This document shows positions 10,560 to 20,285 of a DNA stretch of 64,000 nucleotides, piece by piece. The notes under the pieces were generated by a model. That model searched no databases, was not told the origin of the DNA, and saw only the letters and a list, made by a program, of their open reading frames with translations. The position numbers were made by a program, and so were the translations under genes. The stretch lies in assembly GCA_903889905.1 (NCBI GenBank), contig CAISZI010000053.1, positions 74,599-138,598 on the forward strand, read 5' to 3'. The DNA comes from Candidatus Wirthbacteria bacterium (lineage in GTDB: Bacteria; Patescibacteriota; CG2-30-54-11). Each line of letters begins with the position of its first letter. Positions within the stretch are counted from its first letter, which is position 1.

Positions 10560-11498
10560 ATGAAAACAACGCTGGCACGACTAAATCGAGTAGAATTGCG
10601 TGAAGTATGGGAGCATGAAGCTCTTGATTTTACTCGCTGGCTTGCTCAGCAGGACAATCTTGATGCTTTAAGCGAAGAAATCGGTGTAGACATCAAATTG
10701 ATAAAAACAGAAGCGAACGTAGGAAAGTACAGCGTAGATATACTTGCCGAAGAAGAAGCATCAGGGAGAAAAATAATCATTGAAAATCAACTTGAGGATA
10801 CAAACCACGACCATCTTGGGAAAATCATTACTTATGCGTCTGGGTACGATGCGGAAATCATTATTTGGATAGTTCGTGATGTTCGTGATGAGCATCAGAA
10901 AGCAATTGAATGGTTAAACGAGCATACTGATGAAAATATAAGCTTTTTCCTTATTAAGATTGAACTTTGGCAGATACAAGGTTCTCCTCCCGCACCAAAA
11001 TTTGAAATCATGGTTAGCCCTAACGAATGGGCAAAAGCTATCAAAACTAGCCCGACAAATGGCGAGCTTACGAATACTAAACTTCAACAACTTGAATTCT
11101 GGAACAAATTTAAAAATTTTGTTCGAGAAAATGATGCCAGCATACGGCTTCAAACGCCACGTCCTCAACACTGGTACGATGTGAGCATGGGAAGCTCGGA
11201 AGCACATATTGCTCTTACAGTTAATACTCGCGAGAATCTTATCGGCTGCGAATTATACATAAGCCGAAACAAAGAACTATATAAATACCTTCTCGAGCGG
11301 AAAGATGAAATTGAACAGAACATCGGAGAGCATGCCGAATGGGTAGATGCAGCAGTTGCTTCAAGGATTAAACATTCCAAAACGGTATCCAGCGTGTTTC
11401 AACAAACTGAAGCAGCAGAATACTTCAAGTGGTTATACGACAAGACAGTTTTGTTTCAGAATGTATTTAGAAAGTACATTCAGGAATTCAAACAGTAG
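10560..11498 (+). CDS. DUF4268-family protein with N-terminal NucS/PD-(D/E)xK-like domain
   Basis: LREVWEHEALDFTRWL, VDILA...IIIENQL, DHLGKIITYASG; C-terminal FW...PRPQHWY pattern typical of DUF4268 proteins. Confidence 0.75.
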   Translation: MKTTLARLNRVELREVWEHEALDFTRWLAQQDNLDALSEEIGVDIKLIKTEANVGKYSVDILAEEEASGRKIIIENQLEDTNHDHLGKIITYASGYDAEIIIWIVRDVRDEHQKAIEWLNEHTDENISFFLIKIELWQIQGSPPAPKFEIMVSPNEWAKAIKTSPTNGELTNTKLQQLEFWNKFKNFVRENDASIRLQTPRPQHWYDVSMGSSEAHIALTVNTRENLIGCELYISRNKELYKYLLERKDEIEQNIGEHAEWVDAAVASRIKHSKTVSSVFQQTEAAEYFKWLYDKTVLFQNVFRKYIQEFKQ

Positions 11499-11770
11499 CA
11501 CCTAAAGGCTTTTCTGTAGAAATCTTATGGAATCAGGTTAGGCTGTCCGTATGTCTGGTATGTAGATGTGCCCTTTATGCTCTCTGAGAGCCGTTCTAAT
11601 ACCATTCACCACGGCTCGTCGAGGAGAAATATCAGAACCATCGCGATGCTGCGTGTCGTCCTGTACCATCCTGAAATGTATTGATAAACGTTGAACGATG
11701 ACCAAGATACGCCATCAGAGGTATAATGCTGTTGTCAGCAAGATAGCTCTTAAAGTGGGGGTCTATACCC

Positions 11771-13456
11771 ATGCCAAGTCAGAAACCCAACCTTCTTGAA
11801 ATACTACGAGAACAACAAGGGCATAATGCAATAAAGAAGGACGAGAAGGACTTCAAGTACATAATCTATGCTCGTAAATCGACAGACAGCAAGGAGCATC
11901 AAGAAAAGTCACTGCCTGACCAAGTAAAAGCCTGTAAACTGCTTGCTGATAGCAAAGAATTGCATTACTTGAAGTCAGAAATTATTGAAGAGAAGGAATC
12001 AGCAAGGGAGCCAGATATACGCCCGATGTTTCGACGTATGATGGATGACATCAAATCTGGCAAGCATGATGGCATCATTACATGGCATCCTGACAGGCTA
12101 GCACGCAATATGAAGGAGGCTGGTGAAATTATCGACCTGCTAGACAAGAAAATCATCCAAGACATCAAATTTGCAAGTGTAACCTTTGACAACGATTCAA
12201 ACGGCAAGATGATGCTAGGTATTTCTTTTGTCCTGTCGAAACAGTACTCCGACAAGCTAAGCACTGACATCAGGCGAGGGATTGAGAACAGGGTAGCAGA
12301 GGGGCAGTACCTGAGCAGAACCAAGCATGGATACTACAAGGACAGGTATAATTTTCTACGCCCTGATGGTAATAACTTTGCTTTGATGAAGCAGGCTTGG
12401 CAGATGCGGTTGAATGGGCAGAAAATTGAGGATATAGCTGCCTTTTTGAATAAACAAGGGTATCAGCAGGCAGGCGAGGCTGGTAAAACTCATACACCCT
12501 TTACATGGAATGTAAAGAAACTGGCAGAGCGCTTTCATGACACTATCTATGCTGGTGTGTTGAAATACGGAAAGGATTCAGTCAGCCTGATAGAGGAATA
12601 CGACTTTATTCCGATGGTTACTGAAGAAGAATTTTTAGCGATAAACAAGACGCAATATATAGGTAATCCCTTCCGGTCTCGGTATAAGGTGGGTTCCAGG
12701 AAACAGACGAGAGCTGATTTTCTTCGGAGGATGGTGTTTTGCAGCTCCTGCAAGAAACCGATGGCGACAGGCATTACTTCAAAGAAAGACCAAAAGGGCG
12801 ACGAGACAAATTATTTCTATTTCAGATGCGACAACAAGAAGTGCAAGCAAAAGGGTAAATCAGTCCGTGGTAAAGTCCTTGAAGATTTTGTCATTGATTT
12901 TTTGGACAAGAACAAGATAGCTTCAAAATCTATCTATGAAACGTACGTGCGAGATATGGAGAATCATCTACGCCAAGAGCAACAAGCAATTCTTGGGCAG
13001 GAGAAAACACTAGCCAAGAAGCTTGTACAGGCTAAGGAGCTTATGAAAAAGACCAAGGAGCTCATGCTAGACAACAAAGATGCTAGCCTAAGGGAAGAGC
13101 TTACTGGTGACTACAAACAGTATCAAGGGGAGGCTGAGGGCTTGGATGATGAGCTACAGGCTATCCAGAGGGTGAAAAAAGAGGGGAAAGATGAAATAAT
13201 GGACTACAAAACGTTTCTTGAACTTATCGAGAAAGTGCCCGAGATACTTAGACAAACGACCACTTTGAAGGGGAAGGATAGTATCATCAGAGAAATCTTC
13301 ATGAACTTTACAGTAGACCGCAGGAAAGTCTTGTCGTATAAGCTAAAACCGCCCTTTGATGGGTTCATCAAGAGCGGTTTCAACCAGACTTTCACCTATG
13401 GTGGAGTTGAGGGGAGTCGAACCCCTGACCTCTGCAATGCGAATGCAGCGCTCTAG
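11771..13456 (+). CDS. Large serine recombinase (integrase)
   Basis: YARKS catalytic Ser, DRLARN, recombinase domain, zinc ribbon CSSC...CDNKKC, coiled coil; 3' end overlaps the att site and tRNA. Confidence 0.92.
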   Translation: MPSQKPNLLEILREQQGHNAIKKDEKDFKYIIYARKSTDSKEHQEKSLPDQVKACKLLADSKELHYLKSEIIEEKESAREPDIRPMFRRMMDDIKSGKHDGIITWHPDRLARNMKEAGEIIDLLDKKIIQDIKFASVTFDNDSNGKMMLGISFVLSKQYSDKLSTDIRRGIENRVAEGQYLSRTKHGYYKDRYNFLRPDGNNFALMKQAWQMRLNGQKIEDIAAFLNKQGYQQAGEAGKTHTPFTWNVKKLAERFHDTIYAGVLKYGKDSVSLIEEYDFIPMVTEEEFLAINKTQYIGNPFRSRYKVGSRKQTRADFLRRMVFCSSCKKPMATGITSKKDQKGDETNYFYFRCDNKKCKQKGKSVRGKVLEDFVIDFLDKNKIASKSIYETYVRDMENHLRQEQQAILGQEKTLAKKLVQAKELMKKTKELMLDNKDASLREELTGDYKQYQGEAEGLDDELQAIQRVKKEGKDEIMDYKTFLELIEKVPEILRQTTTLKGKDSIIREIFMNFTVDRRKVLSYKLKPPFDGFIKSGFNQTFTYGGVEGSRTPDLCNANAAL

Positions 13457-13475
13457 CCAACTGAGCTACAACCCC
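13399..13475 (-). tRNA. tRNA-Ala(CGC)
   Basis: Reverse complement folds as a cloverleaf GGGGTTG...CTGCA-TT-CGC-AT-TGCAG...GGTTCGACTCC...CAACTCC-A-CCA; G3:U70 alanine determinant present. Confidence 0.96.
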
Positions 13476-13654
13476 ATGAAGAAGCAGTGAGCATGGAGCA
13501 AGGAGTTATGAGAAGAAAGGTGCGAAGTTGGCTAGGGCCAACTGTCTAGGATCCCCCGAAGTGGAGACGCCTCGTCGAAACGGAGTGGGGAAGCTACAAC
13601 CCCATGAAGAAGCAGTGAGCATGGAGCAAGGAGTTATGAGAAGAAAGGTGCGAA
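13464..13654. repeat. 63-bp perfect direct repeat (13464-13526 and 13592-13654): tRNA-Ala leader plus first 12 tRNA nt
   Basis: AGCTACAACCCCATGAAGAAGCAGTGAGCATGGAGCAAGGAGTTATGAGAAGAAAGGTGCGAA occurs twice, separated by palindromic DNA. Confidence 0.92.
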
Positions 13655-13722
13655 TGTGGCGGGCCAATTAAATGTACAGGTCGCAGTATATAAAGATTTG
13701 GGTTAGCCGTCCAGAGAAAGTA

Positions 13723-13832
13723 GTCATTCTGAGTGTAAACTTCTGAGGTGGAGCGAAGAATCCTTACTGCTAACGAACCAAATGGTGGGTTTGTACTGTC
13801 AGTGAGGATCCTTCACAAAGCTTCAGGATGAC
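13723..13832. repeat. GTCAT...ATGAC palindromic intergenic repeat (MITE/RPE-like)
   Basis: Ends GTCATTCTGAG and TTCAGGATGAC; related elements at 15686 and 54145. Confidence 0.6.
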
Positions 13833-13835
13833 GGA

Positions 13836-14195
13836 TTAGTTTACCTCTTGGTCTGTTTCGACTTTTTTCTTGCGGGTCGTCTTCCACAGTTCTTCGAGCT
13901 GGTAGGTCTGACGCATGGCGGGTTGGAAGACGTGGACGATGACTTCACCGTAGTCCAAGATTACCCATTCGCCGGTCGCGATGCCTTCGGAGCGGAGCGG
14001 CGAGACTTTCTTTTTTTTCAGCCCCTCCACGATGTTATCGGCAATGGCCTGAACCTGGCGGTCCGACGTTCCTTCGCAGATGACAAAGTAGTCGGTCAGG
14101 CTGCTTTTTTTGGAAATATTGAGAGAGAGGATGTTTTCGGCTTTTTTGTCGTCAGCGAGGCCGATAATCAGTTCAACGAGTTTGGCGGTGGTCAT
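13836..14195 (-). CDS. rsfS: Ribosome silencing factor
   Basis: DKKAENI, DYFVICEG, RQVQAIAD, WVILDYGEVIVHVF, YQLEELW. Confidence 0.95.
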   Translation of the reverse strand: MTTAKLVELIIGLADDKKAENILSLNISKKSSLTDYFVICEGTSDRQVQAIADNIVEGLKKKKVSPLRSEGIATGEWVILDYGEVIVHVFQPAMRQTYQLEELWKTTRKKKVETDQEVN

Positions 14196-14245
14196 GCGGT
14201 AAATCCTAAAATCTAATAACTAATTATCAAACTGGGGATTCGCAT

Positions 14246-15541
14246 TTACTCCCAATCAAAGGTCACATCGGCGATGGTCACCTGGTCACCAAACTCAATG
14301 CCCTGTTTGATAAGTTCCGGGTAGACACCGGCGGCTTTGAGGCGGTCGTGCATCCAGTGCAGGGCTTCGGGATTTTGCATGGGCGTTGTCAGCACGATCA
14401 TTTCGGGCCGTTTGCCATAAACGTAAAAATGGTGGCCGTCTTTCTGGACTTCAAAGTGTTTCGGATCTTCCAGCAGCGGATTGATAATGTGTTCGCTGCC
14501 AGTGATTTTGTCAAGTTTTTTGGGGATGGCTCTGAGGATGTCATTGATGCTTTGAAGCAATTGATCAATGTTGGTATGGGCGGCGGCCGAAATAAACTGC
14601 AGGGGTTCTGGCGTAAATTTGGCAATGCTGTTTTGGAGGATTTTGCTGGCCTGGATTTTGGCCAGATCCGCGGGCATGATAGCGTCGATTTTGTTGACCA
14701 CCACGATTTGCGGTTTGTCCAAAATGGCGGGATTGAATTCCTTGAGTTCGCGCATGATGGTGACGAAGTCGGATTTGAGTACTTTGGGATCGAGCCGACT
14801 GCCATCGAGGATATGAATCAGCACACGGGTGCGTTCAATGTGGCGCAGGAATTGGTGCCCGAGTCCTTTGCCTTGGCTTGCGCCTTCGATCAGCCCGGGC
14901 ATGTCTGCCACCACAAAATCCTGCTCCCGGAATTTGACGACGCCAAGGTTGGGGATAATGGTGGTAAAAGGATAGTCAGCGATTTTGGGGCGGGCATTGG
15001 AAATGGTGGCAATCAGCGTGGACTTGCCGGCATTGGGCAGACCGATCAGGCCTACATCCGCCACCAGTTTGAGCTCCAGCTCGACTTCAGCTTCTTCCGA
15101 GGGTTCACCCAGTTGGGCAAATTTGGGGGCCTGGTATTTTGAGGTTTTGAGCATCAGGTTGCCAATGCCACCCCGGCCGCCCTTGAGCGCGATGAACTCT
15201 TCGCCATCTTCGGTAAAATCAAAGACAGGCACAAATTCCTCATTAACGGCCATTTTGACCACGGTTCCCACTGGAACTGCGATGAAGGTATCTGAGCCGT
15301 TTTTGCCATGCATGTTCTGTTTGAGGCCCATGCCGCCATCTTCGGCTTTGAACATTTTGTCGTATTTGAACTGGATCAGGGTGTTGATCGCGGCGTTCGC
15401 CTTGAAAACGATGTTGCCGCCCTGGCCGCCGCTACCGCCATCCGGACCACCCATGGGCTCGAATTTGGCACGACGAAAGGATTGTGAACCATTGCCGCCT
15501 TTGCCAGCCGTAATCGTGATATAAGCCTGGTCATAAAACAT
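14246..15541 (-). CDS. obgE: Obg family GTPase with C-terminal OCT domain
   Basis: Gly-rich Obg fold (GGPDGGSGG), GLPNAGKST, DYPFTT, DMPG, NKID. Confidence 0.97.
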   Translation of the reverse strand: MFYDQAYITITAGKGGNGSQSFRRAKFEPMGGPDGGSGGQGGNIVFKANAAINTLIQFKYDKMFKAEDGGMGLKQNMHGKNGSDTFIAVPVGTVVKMAVNEEFVPVFDFTEDGEEFIALKGGRGGIGNLMLKTSKYQAPKFAQLGEPSEEAEVELELKLVADVGLIGLPNAGKSTLIATISNARPKIADYPFTTIIPNLGVVKFREQDFVVADMPGLIEGASQGKGLGHQFLRHIERTRVLIHILDGSRLDPKVLKSDFVTIMRELKEFNPAILDKPQIVVVNKIDAIMPADLAKIQASKILQNSIAKFTPEPLQFISAAAHTNIDQLLQSINDILRAIPKKLDKITGSEHIINPLLEDPKHFEVQKDGHHFYVYGKRPEMIVLTTPMQNPEALHWMHDRLKAAGVYPELIKQGIEFGDQVTIADVTFDWE

Positions 15542-15685
15542 GGGTTGCCTGCAAAACTAGAAGTGGACGTAGGGCTATTATACTAAGGGTTGGTGGTTTT
15601 GGCGAGGGAAGGGCAAACGGAAGATTTATCTCCATCAAACATTCAAAAAGTGTGAGTATGATGAAGACATAGAGATTGTGTGCCG

Positions 15686-15759
15686 ATGTCATCCTGAACT
15701 CGATTGAGGATCTGCATTTAAGTCAAAGGTGAGATTCCGGGTCAGGCCCGGAATGACAT
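15686..15759. repeat. GTCAT...ATGAC palindromic intergenic repeat
   Basis: ATGTCATCCTGAACTCGATTGAGGATCT...AGATTCCGGGTCAGGCCCGGAATGACAT; left arm nearly identical to the copy at 54145. Confidence 0.75.
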
Positions 15760-15916
15760 TAAGCGGTCCATCATGATAGATAATTGCAATTAATGTAGTG
15801 ATTATGTGACCGTCAAAGGGTTCAAAAATCCTCATCTTTGCCAAATGGCTAAAAATGAGGATGAGGGTAACGGGAACTATGAAATTGTAGAAAAATCAGA
15901 TTGGTGTTTTGGGGAT

Positions 15917-15939
15917 GGGCGTAAGCATTACGCCCCTAC
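15917..15939 (-). repeat. GTAG-type REP-like palindrome
   Basis: Reverse complement GTAG-GGGCGTAA-TGC-TTACGCCC; a similar unit lies near 55105-55129. Confidence 0.55.
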
Positions 15940-15940
15940 G

Positions 15941-16381
15941 TTATTTGTCGAGGTACTTTTTGATCTTGTCGATGACTTCCCGGGGAGTGAGATCGGATTT
16001 GAGCAGATAGTCGACAGCGCCGAGGTTCATTCCGCCTTTGACCACAAATTCCTGGCCAAGGTTGCTGAGCAGAATGACGGGGATATTTTTGGTAATGGCT
16101 TCGCTTTTTAATTTTTTGAGCACTTCCAGGCCATCCATTTTGGGCAGCATGATGTCCAGCAGGATCAAATCCGGGTTTTCTTTTTGAGCTTTTTCCAATC
16201 CTTCCAGGCCATCCTGGGCCACCACCACGTCATATTCCTCAACAGCCAGTTTGGTCTGGTAAATGTCTGACAGGAAAAAATCATCTTCCACCAGCAGGAT
16301 ACGTGCCTTGGTATGGTCTGGCGTAAGATGTGGTGCCATGACGTCGTCCTGATGAAAAACTGGGTTAGTAGCTAGTTGCAT
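15941..16381 (-). CDS. Single-domain response regulator (receiver); start may be 16339
   Basis: ILLVEDD, LILLDIMLPKMDG, ILLSN, DYLLK. Confidence 0.9.
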   Translation of the reverse strand: MQLATNPVFHQDDVMAPHLTPDHTKARILLVEDDFFLSDIYQTKLAVEEYDVVVAQDGLEGLEKAQKENPDLILLDIMLPKMDGLEVLKKLKSEAITKNIPVILLSNLGQEFVVKGGMNLGAVDYLLKSDLTPREVIDKIKKYLDK

Positions 16382-16547
16382 GGTTGAAGCCTCCGGTTTG
16401 GTTTTTTGTTTTTAATACTTCACTAAATTATAACCTCGACTCCATGTTTGTGTCAATGTGCCTAAAGTCCTACTATTGATAAGTTGGATGAATATTGTTA
16501 TTTTAGCCTTTGTCTATCGTCTCATTTATAGCAAAGGGAGTGGATTT

Positions 16548-18563
16548 ATGTCCCTGTTTTCCACACTCGAGTCCAAGTATGTGCTGGGGATGGGAGTTGC
16601 GGCAGCGGTTGTGGCCATTGTCTACGGCGCCATGCTGATTGCCCGGATTTTGAAACAACCGCGCGGTAATGCCGAAATGATCCGCATTGCCGACGCCATC
16701 CAGGAAGGGTCGGAAGCTTACCTCAACCGCCAGTATAAAGTGGTGGGTGCCGTGGCGGTGGTGATGGTGTTTGTCCTTGGTTTTGGCATCAACTGGAAAA
16801 CAGCGATTGGGTTTTTGCTGGGCGCAGCGGCCTCAGCACTGGCTGGTTACATTGGGATGAATGTGGCAGTGCGTTCCAATTCGCGCACGGCCGAAGCCGC
16901 CCGTTCCGGGCTTGGCAGCGCTTTGACGCTGGCATTCCAGGGTGGCACAGTGACAGGACTGTTGGTGGTTGGACTGGGCATTCTGGTCGTCACAGGCTTT
17001 TTTGCCTTTACGGGTGACGTCAAAGCCTTGATTGGACTTGGCTTTGGTGCCAGCCTGATCTCGGTGTTCGCGCGCCTGGGTGGTGGTATTTATACCAAAG
17101 CTGCAGACGTGGGTACTGATATGGTAGGCAAAATTGAAGCTGGCATTCCCGAGGACGACGTGCGCAATCCTGGAGTCATTGCCGATAACGTGGGTGATAA
17201 CGTGGGTGACTGCGCCGGTATGGCCGCAGACCTGTTTGAAACTTATATTGTGACGGCTGTTGCCGCGATTTTGCTCGGTTCACTGGTGATCCCTGGTGTC
17301 GTTAACGCGCTGGTCTTCCCCATTGCCTTAGGTGCTGCCGCGATTGTGGCTTCCATCCTGGGCACCTTCTTTGTCCAGGTTGGCAAAGACAAGAACATCA
17401 TGAAAGCGCTCTATCAGGGATTGATTGCCGCGGCCGTGTTCGCCGCTGTGCTATTCTACCCGATCACGATGTGGATCATGAAGGGCAATGGCGTTTATAA
17501 CACCTGGAATCTGTATGTGTGCTCACTGGTGGGGATTGTGGTCACCGCCGCCATGGTGGTGATTACCGAATACTACACCTCGACCAAGTACGGTCCGGTT
17601 AAGGAAATTGCCTCCGCGTCCCAGTCCGGACATGGCACCAATATCATCAGTGGACTTGGCATCAGCATGAAGTCAACCTTGATGCCGGTGCTGGTGATCG
17701 TGGCTGCCATTTTCGTCTCGTTCCAGTTTGCCGGGCTCTATGGCATCGCGATCGCAGCCATGAGCATGCTCTCAATGTCGGGCATTATCGTGGCTATCGA
17801 TTCCTTTGGGCCAATTACTGACAATGCCGGTGGCATTGCCGAAATGGCAGGACTACCGGAAGAAACCCGTGAAGTGACCGACGCGTTGGATGCCGTGGGC
17901 AACACGACCAAAGCGGTGACCAAAGGTTATGCCATTGCATCAGCTGGACTGGCTGCTCTGGTGCTGTTTGCCTCATATTCGGAAGATTTGAAAGCCTCTG
18001 GTAAAACCGTTCTGTTTTTGATTTCGGATTATCGCGTCATCATCGGCCTGCTGATCGGTGGCGCCATTCCTTACTTCTTTGGTGCATTGTGTATGCAGGC
18101 TGTGGGCAAAGCAGCCATGAAGATTGTCGAAGAAATCCGTCGCCAGTTCCGCGAGATCAAAGGCATCATGCAGGGTACGGGTAAGCCAGACTATGCTGCC
18201 TGCGTGGATATCGTGACCAAAGCGGCGATCAAGGAAATGATCCTGCCGGCCATTATCCCGGTGCTGGCACCGATTGTTGTTGGCTTGTTGCTTGGACCAG
18301 AAGCCCTGGGTGGTTTGCTCGTGGGTACGATCATCACGGGTCTGTTTGTCGCCATTTCCATGACCACGGGCGGTGCTGCCTGGGACAATGCCAAGAAATA
18401 CATCGAAAAAGGTAACTACGGCGGCAAAGGTAGTCCTGCGCATCAGGCTGCTGTTACCGGTGACACGGTTGGCGATCCCTACAAAGATACCGCTGGGCCA
18501 GCTATCAACCCAATGATCAAGATTATCAATGTGGTGGCGCTGCTGATGATACGGTTCTTGTAA
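16548..18563 (+). CDS. hppA: Membrane-integral pyrophosphatase, predicted K+-independent H+ pump
   Basis: [39 protein letters not shown]; GNTTKA carries the Lys of the K+-independent class; RBS AAGGGAG before ATG 16548. Confidence 0.93.
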   Translation: MSLFSTLESKYVLGMGVAAAVVAIVYGAMLIARILKQPRGNAEMIRIADAIQEGSEAYLNRQYKVVGAVAVVMVFVLGFGINWKTAIGFLLGAAASALAGYIGMNVAVRSNSRTAEAARSGLGSALTLAFQGGTVTGLLVVGLGILVVTGFFAFTGDVKALIGLGFGASLISVFARLGGGIYTKAADVGTDMVGKIEAGIPEDDVRNPGVIADNVGDNVGDCAGMAADLFETYIVTAVAAILLGSLVIPGVVNALVFPIALGAAAIVASILGTFFVQVGKDKNIMKALYQGLIAAAVFAAVLFYPITMWIMKGNGVYNTWNLYVCSLVGIVVTAAMVVITEYYTSTKYGPVKEIASASQSGHGTNIISGLGISMKSTLMPVLVIVAAIFVSFQFAGLYGIAIAAMSMLSMSGIIVAIDSFGPITDNAGGIAEMAGLPEETREVTDALDAVGNTTKAVTKGYAIASAGLAALVLFASYSEDLKASGKTVLFLISDYRVIIGLLIGGAIPYFFGALCMQAVGKAAMKIVEEIRRQFREIKGIMQGTGKPDYAACVDIVTKAAIKEMILPAIIPVLAPIVVGLLLGPEALGGLLVGTIITGLFVAISMTTGGAAWDNAKKYIEKGNYGGKGSPAHQAAVTGDTVGDPYKDTAGPAINPMIKIINVVALLMIRFL

Positions 18564-18737
18564 GGCAAAGGTTTGTAAAGTTATGAAGTTCGAGAAGTTT
18601 AAGAAAATCCCCCTCGATCCCCTTTTACGTAAATGGGGAAGGGGGATTTTTCATTAACAACGGAGATATATGAGGTTGGTCCATCTTCTGTTAAAATTAA
18701 TGCCTTGTTTAAATTACAAGCCAAAAGAGAGGTAGCA

Positions 18738-20270
18738 ATGGCATTCCCTCAGTCTGATTGTGAGAATACCAGTAATCAATTAGGGCATGAGCAAGAAAAT
18801 TTTGACGATCATGTTGTAATTTTAACGAAACAAGATTATCGCTACAACTTTGCTGATATGCAATCGATGGGAGCTCTGTTCGAGGTCGTAAACCGCCTTC
18901 TATCTGGTGTTCGTGAAGGTACCTTTGGAGCGATTCCGCATTTGGGTGCAGGAATTGTAGCCGGCGAATTAATGTCACTTGGATGTAATGTCCAGATATT
19001 AGACATCAGTGACCCTCGAGCGTTGGCAGTGGCTCAAGCAGCGGACTTGGTTGGTGTGTCGATGCTGGAAATCAGTGCTGATCATGTTATCGAAGACATA
19101 CTGCCACAACTAGACCTGTCGAAAACAATTGTTGGCGGCATTGGCGCAACAGTAATGGAAACAGAATTACATAGTGTTTTTCCTGATTTAGCGATTGTTT
19201 CTGGTGAATCTGAAGGACTCATGCGGCAGATACTGACAGATTTGCATGCTGGTCAATTACAGGGCCACTATAGACGAGATAAATCTGTCGATATGGCGGA
19301 GGCTACCCATGAACCTTATCTCGATGAGAGATTTTCATATCGTAATTTGTCCCCTTTTCGCCGTAGTTTCCTGAAGGTTCTAGAAGTAGGACGTGGATGT
19401 CCTTATGGTTGTAATTTTTGCATTACGCCTAACCTTGAGCTTAATAACTCCCATAAACCAATGGATGTGATTAAGGCTGAATTAGCAGCCATCAAAGAAC
19501 AAGCTGGTCCGAAAATAATCTTTTTCGTTGACCAAAATTTATGTACCTATCCCAAAGCTTATTTGCATCAGCTTTTTGATTACATTAATGATTTAGGACT
19601 TGCTTGGGTAGGTGAGGGAACAGTCCAGGATATTTTGGAGGATGAAGATCTGGTTAGTAAAATGGCGCGAAATTGTGCGTCGTTTCTCGTTGGATTGGAA
19701 GACATTAGCCATAATATACGTGGATCAGCTGCAAAAAATAAACTACATGAAGGTATCCTGTCAAAAGTAACAAAATTGCGAAAAATGGGTTTGCCCATCG
19801 TCTGGTCGATGGTGTTTGGGACTGATGAACAGGATCTCAGCGTATTCAAAGATACCGTCGATTTTGTCAAGGAAGCCGGGATAACGATAATTCCTCATAT
19901 TGAAACACCCCGTCGGGGTACTGTTCGCTATCGAAATTTAAATAAGGAAAATCGCTTGATCGAATGTCCTGCTGGAAAGCATGATCAAAAATATCATGTG
20001 ACCCATAAACCAGCGAATATGACTCCGGATGAACTTATGGGTGGATTTGCCTGGATGTATCAGCAAGTTTTTTCGGAACGAGCCATTGCGCAGCGGTTTT
20101 GGCAGAACTTGCAAATAGGAGGTATGAAATATGCGGCAGGACTATCTGTCTTGGAACTCGATGGCTGGATAACCAATGTCCGCCTGCATAAAATGTATCC
20201 CAAACTTTTGCAGGATGCCCGTGGTATAATAGAATCGAACAAAAACAGAAAGACCTCACTAGATTATTAG
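18738..20270 (+). CDS. Radical SAM protein with degenerate N-terminal cobalamin-binding-like domain
   Basis: GRGCPYGCNFC CxxxCxxC motif, FFVDQNL, VGLE, TPRRGT; N-terminal DLVGVS...IVGGIGAT...GESE. Confidence 0.8.
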   Translation: MAFPQSDCENTSNQLGHEQENFDDHVVILTKQDYRYNFADMQSMGALFEVVNRLLSGVREGTFGAIPHLGAGIVAGELMSLGCNVQILDISDPRALAVAQAADLVGVSMLEISADHVIEDILPQLDLSKTIVGGIGATVMETELHSVFPDLAIVSGESEGLMRQILTDLHAGQLQGHYRRDKSVDMAEATHEPYLDERFSYRNLSPFRRSFLKVLEVGRGCPYGCNFCITPNLELNNSHKPMDVIKAELAAIKEQAGPKIIFFVDQNLCTYPKAYLHQLFDYINDLGLAWVGEGTVQDILEDEDLVSKMARNCASFLVGLEDISHNIRGSAAKNKLHEGILSKVTKLRKMGLPIVWSMVFGTDEQDLSVFKDTVDFVKEAGITIIPHIETPRRGTVRYRNLNKENRLIECPAGKHDQKYHVTHKPANMTPDELMGGFAWMYQQVFSERAIAQRFWQNLQIGGMKYAAGLSVLELDGWITNVRLHKMYPKLLQDARGIIESNKNRKTSLDY

Positions 20271-20285
20271 TTGAGGGCTTTTTTT

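Larger units (their letters stand above)
3861..13419. mobile_element. Integrative defence island inserted in the 3' end of tRNA-Ala(CGC), serine-recombinase type
   Basis: 22-bp direct repeat ATGGTGGAGTTGAGGGGAGTCG at 3861-3882 and 13398-13419; large serine recombinase abutting the right repeat; R-M cargo; visibly more AT-rich than the core genes. Confidence 0.9.

Noticed and set aside
13464-13654. Possible CRISPR array or second att pair
   Set aside because: Only two 63-bp copies, made of the tRNA leader and 5' end; the island's att pair is the 22-bp 3'-end repeat
14348-15524. Plus-strand ORFs over obgE, and similar long antisense ORFs over prfA, prmC, trxB, htrA, sortase and sufB
   Set aside because: Shadow frames of well-supported genes, with no motifs of their own
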